Sequence record: NZ_CP136965.1
Origin: a plasmid
Length of the DNA: 8,962 nt
Direction: 5' to 3' (one strand)
Each line of letters starts with the position of its first letter. The first letter of the stretch is position 1. Under the pieces are notes generated by a model that saw only the letters and a list, made by a program, of their open reading frames with translations, was not told the origin of the DNA and did no database searches. Made by a program: the position numbers and the translations under genes. This document shows positions 1 through 4,425 of the stretch, in pieces.

Positions 1-780
1 ATGAGTGAGTCTAAATATAAAAGTGTTACTAGATTTAACAATGATATAAATACTATCCCTATGAGAAATTGGACTACTGAAGAAATGAATTTTTTCTTTG
101 CTGTATTAACAAGAATGAGGGATGAAGGTACACAGACTGTAGTGATGGATAAATACGAATTAGCAGAAATGGCTCGGTATACTATAGAGCATAATCAACG
201 TTATCAATCTACGTTGCATAATTTAACTAAAAAATTACAATCACTTTCATACTTTAAAGAAACTGATAATTCCTTAGTGATGATGCCCTTATTTACATAT
301 TTTGAGGCTCATTGGAATGATGATTTATCAGATATGACCTTAGAAATAGATGTAAATAAACGGTTTGAATATATTTTAAATGAATGGAACGAGGGAAACT
401 GGACACAGTTCATGTTAGACGAATTTTTAGATATAAAATCTACTTATTCAAAAACTTTGTTTAGATTATTAAAACAATATAGAGTTGCTGGAAAACGTGA
501 TTTTAGTATCGATGAGTTCAAATCTTTAATGGATATACCTAAATCTTATTCTACTGGTATGATTACGACACGTGTTGTAGAAAAAGGGGTTAAAGATCTG
601 AAATCTTATTTTGAAAATTTAAAGGTTAATAAAATCACATCAAATAAGCGTGGTAATCCTATTATAGGATATGAATTCACTTTTGAGCCAGAACGGGTTG
701 GAGCTTGGATCGAAGATAAATATGAGCGGAAAGAAGAACCATATTTGCCGTTTAAAAAATGGTTAGAAGAGGATGTTTAA
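1..780 (+). CDS. rep: Plasmid replication initiator, Rep_3-like (iteron-binding, winged-helix)
   Basis: 259-aa ORF. The N-terminal stretch NDINTIPMRNWTTEEMNFFFAVLTRM fits the Rep_3 N-terminal pattern. The C-terminal stretch FSIDEFKSLMDIPKSYSTGMITTRVVEKGVKDLKSY...KRGNPIIGYEFTF fits the Rep_3 C-terminal winged-helix signature (F..EF..L.IP.SY....I..RV....EL....KKGR.I..F.F). Copy 1 has its promoter at the end of copy 2, which is seen for copy 2 at 4426..4483. It sits directly downstream of the 21-bp iterons. Family assigned from remembered motifs, not from a search. Confidence 0.85.
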   Translation: MSESKYKSVTRFNNDINTIPMRNWTTEEMNFFFAVLTRMRDEGTQTVVMDKYELAEMARYTIEHNQRYQSTLHNLTKKLQSLSYFKETDNSLVMMPLFTYFEAHWNDDLSDMTLEIDVNKRFEYILNEWNEGNWTQFMLDEFLDIKSTYSKTLFRLLKQYRVAGKRDFSIDEFKSLMDIPKSYSTGMITTRVVEKGVKDLKSYFENLKVNKITSNKRGNPIIGYEFTFEPERVGAWIEDKYERKEEPYLPFKKWLEEDV

Positions 781-786
781 CTTAAT

Positions 787-802
787 AATGCTCTAGAGCA
801 TT
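787..802. repeat. Perfect 16-bp palindrome AATGCTCTAGAGCATT just after the rep stop codon
   Basis: The sequence is its own reverse complement. It sits 7 nt after the rep stop and has no T-run after it, so it is a poor intrinsic terminator. It may be a protein-binding site or a weak hairpin. Confidence 0.6.
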
Positions 803-822
803 ATAATATACAATGACGCACT

Positions 823-876
823 ATTTAAAAGTTATAAGCGTCTAAACAGTCTCTAGCAACTTGATTATAGCTAAAA
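823..876. repeat. Dispersed repeat A-prime, homologous to 2573..2646
   Basis: ATTTAAAAGTTATAAGC is an identical 17-mer at 823..839 and 2573..2589. It is followed by similar GTCTAAACAGTCTCTAGCAAC versus CTTTAAACTGCTTATAGCGAC, and later by ATAGCTAAA in both. Confidence 0.7.
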
Positions 877-1060
877 CTACTTAAATTTAAGCAAAATTAA
901 ATAGTAGATCTGTTTTTTGCAATTCGAGATGTGATAGAAAAAGAAAAAAATAACCCAACTAGTAGTACACATAATGAGATTATTCTTCATTTGAAGCTTA
1001 ATTAGTGCATACGCCATATATACTATGTAAAAAATATAATATTTAAAGTGAATTTAAAAA

Positions 1061-1089
1061 TTGAAAACGTTTTACAAAAAATATATGCT
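1061..1089 (+). promoter_or_regulatory. Putative sigma-A promoter of the small-peptide operon
   Basis: TTGAAA at 1061..1066, a 17-nt spacer, and TATGCT at 1084..1089. SD AAAGGAG at 1095..1101 and ATG at 1109 follow. Confidence 0.4.
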
Positions 1090-1108
1090 GTTTTAAAGGA
1101 GTAGAATT

Positions 1109-1216
1109 ATGAATAAACTTATTATTTATATTGTCAGTGTAATTTTAGTTTCAATTTTAGGTTTTTTAAGTATAAAAGCTAATGATAATCAACCTGCTAG
1201 TTTTTTAAAGAACTAA
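1109..1216 (+). CDS. 35-aa hydrophobic single-TM peptide (MNKLIIYIVSVILVSILGFLSIKANDNQPASFLKN)
   Basis: ATG with SD AAAGGAG seven nt upstream. An N-terminal transmembrane helix is followed by a polar tail, an architecture typical of Fst/Ldr-like membrane peptides. It is below the ORF-track length cutoff and was found by reading the sequence. Confidence 0.5.
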   Translation: MNKLIIYIVSVILVSILGFLSIKANDNQPASFLKN

Positions 1217-1306
1217 AAAGAATGGCAGGAATTTTATTTATTGATTCTATACTTATTTTTTTAGCAGTATATTTTCATTACAATTAAAAAGGAAGTTGGT
1301 TGGGTC

Positions 1307-1486
1307 ATGAAAGAAAGATTATTGTGGTTGTTAGTATATATAATTTGTTTATTAATTTTATATACTGTTAATTTTAAATTTGATATGTACTCATGGTATA
1401 TATTAACTTTTATAGCTTTAGGAATAGGACTAATTTCTTATATTTCATTAGAGTTAAAGATTAGTAAAAATAAAGAAGAGCATTAA
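1307..1486 (+). CDS. 59-aa two-TM small membrane protein (MKERLLWLLVYIICLLILYTVNFKFDMYSWYILTFIALGIGLISYISLELKISKNKEEH)
   Basis: ATG at 1307 with SD AAAGGAAG at 1288..1295. It has two hydrophobic segments and a charged C-terminus. The stop codon lies inside the bidirectional terminator hairpin. Confidence 0.5.
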   Translation: MKERLLWLLVYIICLLILYTVNFKFDMYSWYILTFIALGIGLISYISLELKISKNKEEH

Positions 1487-1504
1487 ATGCTCTTCTTTAT
1501 TTTG
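1472..1504. terminator. Bidirectional rho-independent terminator shared by convergent genes
   Basis: Stem AAGAAGAGCA (1473..1482) pairs with TGCTCTTCTT (1488..1497) around loop TTAAA. A T-run follows on the plus strand (TATTTT) and an A-run precedes it, which gives a U-run on the minus strand. It sits between the peptide operon (plus) and the secreted-protein gene (minus). Confidence 0.65.
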
Positions 1505-1973
1505 GTGTAGCGGTAAAATGGCTTACTACATAATATTTATCAGTTCCTTTTCTCAGGTATCTGTAATGTGCGGTTAATTTAAAATTTTTAGCACTTGATT
1601 TTTTCAAAGTATTATTAAGTTGATCAGAAGAATGAGGCAAAGTACTTGCAATTATAGTGGAGGCTACTCCTGTTGCTATAGATGCATAAGGAGATAAAGG
1701 AATAGCTATTAATGTTCCACCGAGAGATATACTAACGTCTCTTGTTATTTTATTACCAGTAGCTTGCTTAGCGATTTTATTTAATTCTGCTCTAGTGACG
1801 GTTGTAGATGTAGTGAAACCCTTTGTACCATATTTTTTATATAGTTTTGGAGATGCCCAAATTGTTTCACCAGCTGCTTTGGCTTTATTATGCTGGTTAG
1901 TCTCTGGAACAATCATTAATAGAACTGCAAAAACAAGAAAAACAGATAATGTTTTTTTGAAATAGGTATTCAT
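1497..1973 (-). CDS. 158-aa protein with Sec-type signal peptide and an internal hydrophobic segment; hypothetical secreted or membrane-anchored protein
   Basis: The ORF track gives 1497..2015. I place the start at the internal Met (MNTYFKK...) at 1973 because SD TAGGGAGGC (plus 1981..1989) lies 7 nt upstream of it. The track's upstream ATG has no SD and lies upstream of the predicted -10. Signal peptide: n-region MNTYFKK, h-region TLSVFLVFAVLLMIV, AKA-A cleavage motif. The internal stretch ISLGGTLIAIPLSPYASIATGVASTIIASTL may be a transmembrane segment. The C-terminal tail is basic. I do not recognise the family. Confidence 0.7.
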   Translation of the reverse strand: MNTYFKKTLSVFLVFAVLLMIVPETNQHNKAKAAGETIWASPKLYKKYGTKGFTTSTTVTRAELNKIAKQATGNKITRDVSISLGGTLIAIPLSPYASIATGVASTIIASTLPHSSDQLNNTLKKSSAKNFKLTAHYRYLRKGTDKYYVVSHFTATPK

Positions 1974-2013
1974 AGATAACGCCTCCCTAATATTTTGAAT
2001 TTTCTTACATTTC

Positions 2014-2042
2014 ATTATATTATCATAGTATATTATTAAAAA
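2014..2042 (-). promoter_or_regulatory. Putative promoter of the secreted-protein gene
   Basis: On the minus strand, a weak -35 TTTTTA (plus 2037..2042), a 17-nt spacer and TATAAT (plus 2014..2019). This gives a 5' UTR of about 33 nt carrying SD GGGAGG. Confidence 0.35.
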
Positions 2043-2248
2043 TATACTATTTAGGAGGATATGCAGATATTACTTTCACAAAAACAAGAATTGATACTTA
2101 TCATATGGGAGAGAAACTATATAGCAGATATGTAACTTCTAAAAAAATTCATGACACATACTTACTCGTAAAATATAAATAAAAGAAAAACTAACGCATA
2201 GGATAATGTCTTTACATAGCAAATAAAGACATCTAAATACCTTAATCA

Positions 2249-2277
2249 TGTTAGAAATTAATAGATCATGTTATAAT
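2249..2277 (+). promoter_or_regulatory. Strong extended -10 promoter (TGtTATAAT) for the candidate sRNA
   Basis: TG at 2269..2270, then T, then TATAAT at 2272..2277. A -35-like GTTAGA/TTAGAA lies at 2250..2256. Confidence 0.55.
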
Positions 2278-2283
2278 GTAATT

Positions 2284-2350
2284 AACAAATTTAGAAGTTC
2301 TATCATAGAACACACAAACCCCATCAGTCTGCATACTGATGGGGTTTTTT
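2284..2350 (+). ncRNA. Candidate small RNA of about 67 nt with an intrinsic terminator
   Basis: The predicted TSS is about 7 nt after TATAAT. The body contains the inverted repeat GTTCTAT-C-ATAGAAC. It ends in a strong terminator: stem AACCCCATCAGT (2317..2328), loop CTGCAT, stem ACTGATGGGGTT (2335..2346), then TTTT (2347..2350). No ORF with an SD lies inside it. Confidence 0.45.
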
Positions 2351-2446
2351 GTGCCTAAATTTAGGGCAACTGTTTACTTGTTGTGATGCGTATCTAGGTA
2401 ACGCTCTATCACTAACAAGATGACACCGACAATAATTGGTGCCACG

Positions 2447-2494
2447 AACAAATTTAGAAGTTCGTAAACCATAGAACACACCCCCTTTCGGGGC
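2447..2494. repeat. Degenerate paralogous copy of the sRNA body (B element)
   Basis: AACAAATTTAGAAGTTC is identical at 2284..2300 and 2447..2463. It is followed in both by CATAGAACACAC and a C4...G4 hairpin; here the hairpin is CCCC-TTTC-GGGG. On the minus strand this reads CCCC-GAAA-GGGG, a GNRA tetraloop, followed by a U-rich stretch. B has no promoter and no T-tail. Confidence 0.6.
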
Positions 2495-2572
2495 AGTTGC
2501 CATGTATGAGTATATCGGTTAAATATATACTACATCAATGCTTTATAGCCATTTAACTGATAACTATGCATG

Positions 2573-2646
2573 ATTTAAAAGTTATAAGCCTTTAAACTGC
2601 TTATAGCGACCTTAGATTTAGTTATTTAAGTCTAAAATAGCTAAAG
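2573..2646. repeat. Dispersed repeat B-prime, homologous to 823..876
   Basis: Shares the 17-mer ATTTAAAAGTTATAAGC and flanking similarity with A-prime. It contains the small hairpin ATAAGC-N9-GCTTAT. Confidence 0.7.
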
Positions 2647-2665
2647 AATCTGATTTAGTAGAAGT

Positions 2666-3094
2666 TTATAAATCATCAATTGTTATTCTTTGAAATCTTT
2701 TATCTTCCCTTTTTTCTACTAGTTCTTCTTTTTGTATTTTATTGTCGTTCATTAATTTATTTCTGTAATGTCTATCAATAGCTTCTTTACCTTTTATGGC
2801 TCTTAAAGAATCTCCATAATATAAATTAGAAACTTTAAGTTCCTGACGTTCCATCATGGAATAAGTAAATTGTATGTTCAGTTCTAATAAAGATTTAAGG
2901 TGCTTTACTTCATCAACAATTTGTTTATTTGTATAGTTATCTTCATTTTCTAAATCTAAAAGAGTTAAAATCGCATGTCTTAAAAACTCTGACCTTGTAA
3001 TGTATTTGTGTTTATTTTTCAGAATATGGATATCTAATTCCTTTAACAGATCTGTATCAATATCAAAATTTAATCGTTTAATTTCTTTAGTCAT
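2666..3094 (-). CDS. 142-aa ribbon-helix-helix (CopG/Arc/MetJ-like) DNA-binding protein with an extended charged C-terminal domain
   Basis: N-terminal KRLNFDIDTDLLKELDIHILKNKHKYITRSEFLRHAILTLL fits a beta-strand / helix A / turn / helix B RHH fold. SD GGGAGAGAG (plus 3100..3108) lies 5 nt upstream. The start ATG overlaps the upstream gene's stop by 8 nt (ATGACTAA), which indicates translational coupling. Family called from the motif only. Confidence 0.75.
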   Translation of the reverse strand: MTKEIKRLNFDIDTDLLKELDIHILKNKHKYITRSEFLRHAILTLLDLENEDNYTNKQIVDEVKHLKSLLELNIQFTYSMMERQELKVSNLYYGDSLRAIKGKEAIDRHYRNKLMNDNKIQKEELVEKREDKRFQRITIDDL

Positions 3095-3371
3095 TATTAC
3101 TCTCTCCCATTCCTAAAAGTTCTTTAAGCATATTTGCATGTATTTCATGCCAAATGTTTAATTCATTAATAGCTTTATTTTGTTTGTTCAACATTCTACT
3201 GACATCTGTTAGTACTCTTCTTTGTTCTATTTTTTGAGAATTACTATATTCTTCAGTGATATCTTCTCGAATTAAATTTAGTATATATTCATTCATGGAT
3301 ACGTCTTTTTTTTTAGCAATTTCTGAAAGATATGAATGTAATTCTGATGGTAAACGTAGTAGAAAATTCAT
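3087..3371 (-). CDS. 94-aa ribbon-helix-helix protein with a C-terminal coiled-coil-like helix
   Basis: N-terminal FLLRLPSELHSYLSEIAKKKDVSMNEYILNLIRED is a classic RHH motif. The C-terminal half (QKIEQRRVLTDVSRMLNKQNKAINELNIWHEIHANMLKELL) is helical with heptad-like spacing. SD AGGGGAGA lies just upstream. It is the first gene of a two-gene operon and sits directly downstream of the palindrome array. Confidence 0.75.
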   Translation of the reverse strand: MNFLLRLPSELHSYLSEIAKKKDVSMNEYILNLIREDITEEYSNSQKIEQRRVLTDVSRMLNKQNKAINELNIWHEIHANMLKELLGMGESNND

Positions 3372-3392
3372 AAAATCTCCCCTTTATTATTT

Positions 3393-3586
3393 AATTAAAA
3401 ATTAATCATACAATGATAAATACACTTTTATTTTAACTTATACCGATTAAAAATTAATCAAACTACTTAAAAACGATATCATTAACGATTAATTTCTAAT
3501 CATAAGATTAATATTTAATCATTTGGTTTGTCAATAGAAAAACAGTTGGCACTGCCAACTTATCACTCATGATTAATTTTTAATCA
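3393..3586. promoter_or_regulatory. Array of five 16-bp palindromes, consensus GATTAA-N4-TAATCA, upstream of the RHH operon (operator or centromere-like)
   Basis: Site 1 at 3393..3408 (AATTAA-AAAT-TAATCA). Site 2 at 3445..3460 (GATTAA-AAAT-TAATCA). Site 3 at 3487..3502 (GATTAA-TTTC-TAATCA). Site 4 at 3506..3521 (GATTAA-TATT-TAATCA). Site 5 at 3571..3586 (GATTAA-TTTT-TAATCA, extended to the perfect 9-3-9 inverted repeat CATGATTAA-TTT-TTAATCATG at 3568..3588). Site 1 overlaps the likely -10 (TATGAT on minus, plus 3405..3410) of the RHH operon. Confidence 0.7.
3544..3560. repeat. GC-rich perfect palindrome AGTTGGCA-C-TGCCAACT inside the palindrome array
   Basis: An 8-1-8 perfect inverted repeat between site 4 and site 5. 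It is unusually GC-rich for this replicon. Confidence 0.6.
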
Positions 3587-3599
3587 TGAAAAGTGATAT

Positions 3600-4160
3600 T
3601 GTTTTTCCTTATGCTCTTTAAAAAAGACAAAAAATGGGCTGTTTCTTCAAAAAAAGTGAATTGGAATTTAAGATTTTTGTAACAATCTCTTATGATTTTT
3701 TGAGATTTAAGCCTTAAAAATTTCTAAAAAAGAATATTAAAAATGCTAAATTTCGAAAAATAATTCACTCTTAAATCTGATTCACTTTTTAAATCAATTC
3801 TTAAAAAATATCTCCTGTAAGCTCAAATTTTGACATCAAAATTAAATAAATACCCCGTATCCGAATTTTCAGGAAACGGAAAACTCTCTCTGAAAAGACC
3901 TATTCTTTTTCTTTTAATGGCCATGTAAGCGCTTGATTTAAGCTTAAAAAATACTTTAGGTATAAAAACACCTAAAATAAATTAGAATCGCTTAGAATGG
4001 CTTATTTAGGTTTATAGCTATGTTTAACCTCCTTAATTAAGCTTCAAAAATCATTTAAAGGCTCTTAGACGCTTTATTTTCTTTTCTACTACCTTTTTAT
4101 GCTTAAAAGATTTTTTAAGCGTTCTGAGACTCTTATTTAGAGTTAAAGATTAATTAAAAG
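3600..4160. repeat. About 560-bp non-coding AT-rich region with dispersed short motifs
   Basis: No ORF with an SD. TTAAGC(C)TTAAAAA occurs three times (about 3704, 3938, 4038). CTTAGAAT is tandemly repeated at 3983..4010. AAGCGTTCTGAGAC (4116..4129) and TTAGACGCTT (4066..4075, the inverse of AAGCGTCTAA at 838..847) share a motif with repeat A-prime. Confidence 0.5.
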
Positions 4161-4162
4161 TT

Positions 4163-4183
4163 GGTTTATGAGAACAAAATGTC
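4163..4183 (+). repeat. Distal fifth iteron (GGTTTATGAGAACAAAATGTC)
   Basis: A 21/21 match to the iteron unit, 137 bp upstream of the main iteron array, on the other side of the (CG)4 tract and the AT-rich element. Confidence 0.75.
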
Positions 4184-4217
4184 ATTAATTAAAATATAAA
4201 ATATTGGTGTGTTTTTT

Positions 4218-4233
4218 CGCGCGCGCACGTACA
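4218..4233. other. Alternating purine-pyrimidine tract CGCGCGCGCACGTACA (Z-DNA-prone; GC island in AT-rich DNA)
   Basis: Sixteen nt of perfect pyrimidine/purine alternation including (CG)4. It lies immediately 5' of a 45-bp 100% A+T stretch. Confidence 0.6.
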
Positions 4234-4235
4234 AC

Positions 4236-4280
4236 TATATTTAAATAATATTTAATATAATATTTATATATATATTTAGA
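4236..4280. other. DNA unwinding element of the origin (45 bp, 100% A+T)
   Basis: TATATTTAAATAATATTTAATATAATATTTATATATATATTTAGA lies between the distal iteron and the iteron array. Confidence 0.65.
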
Positions 4281-4319
4281 CACCTTATAAACATTGATAT
4301 GATAACCTTTATAAGACCT

Positions 4320-4413
4320 TATGAGAACAAAATGTCGGTTTATGAGAACAAAATGTCGGTTTATGAGAACAAAATGTCGGTTTATGAGAACAAAATGTCG
4401 GTTTATGAGAACG
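4320..4413 (+). repeat. Origin iterons: 4 x 21-bp TATGAGAACAAAATGTCGGTT plus a 10-bp partial
   Basis: Perfect direct repeats at 4320, 4341, 4362 and 4383, with partial TATGAGAACG at 4404..4413. The 21-bp period is two helical turns. The array sits immediately upstream of rep. Confidence 0.9.
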
Positions 4414-4425
4414 TTTTTTTATATA

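Noticed and set aside
1019-1045. dif/Xer-like site (TATATACTATGTAAAAA resembles the XerD arm plus spacer of firmicute dif)
   Set aside because: Only the XerD-side half matches (about 8/11), and the XerC arm is absent. That is insufficient to call a multimer resolution site.
1974-2015. The longer 172-aa version of the secreted-protein ORF starting at MKCKKIQNIREALS
   Set aside because: There is no SD before that ATG, and it lies at or upstream of the predicted -10 (plus 2014..2019, minus strand). The internal Met at 1973 has a perfect SD (GGGAGG) at 7-nt spacing and starts a canonical signal peptide.
2061-2135. 24-aa ORF (MQILLSQKQELILIIWERNYIADM) preceded by AGGAGG
   Set aside because: Only 2 nt separate SD and ATG, which is too short. 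It lies in the promoter region of the divergent gene and has no recognisable features. It is probably a chance ORF.
2324-2503. 59-aa minus-strand ORF (MATAPKGGVFYGLRTSKFVRGTNYCRCH...)
   Set aside because: There is no SD. It runs antisense through the sRNA terminator and the B element, and its composition looks non-protein-like. It is probably spurious.
3545-3560. sigma-54-like TGGCAC motif inside the GC palindrome
   Set aside because: The -12 TTGC element is not at the correct spacing. The inferred hosts (staphylococci) lack sigma-54.
4019-4040. Orphan AAGGAGG on the minus strand (plus CCTCCTT 4030..4036) and the short ATG-TTT-AAC... ORF on the plus strand
   Set aside because: No start codon lies at usable spacing after the SD on the minus strand. 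The plus-strand ORF is 6 codons long.
4320-4413. CRISPR-like regular repeats
   Set aside because: The 21-bp units are directly abutting with no spacers, sit immediately upstream of a Rep_3-like gene, and recur inverted in its promoter. These are iterons, not a CRISPR array.
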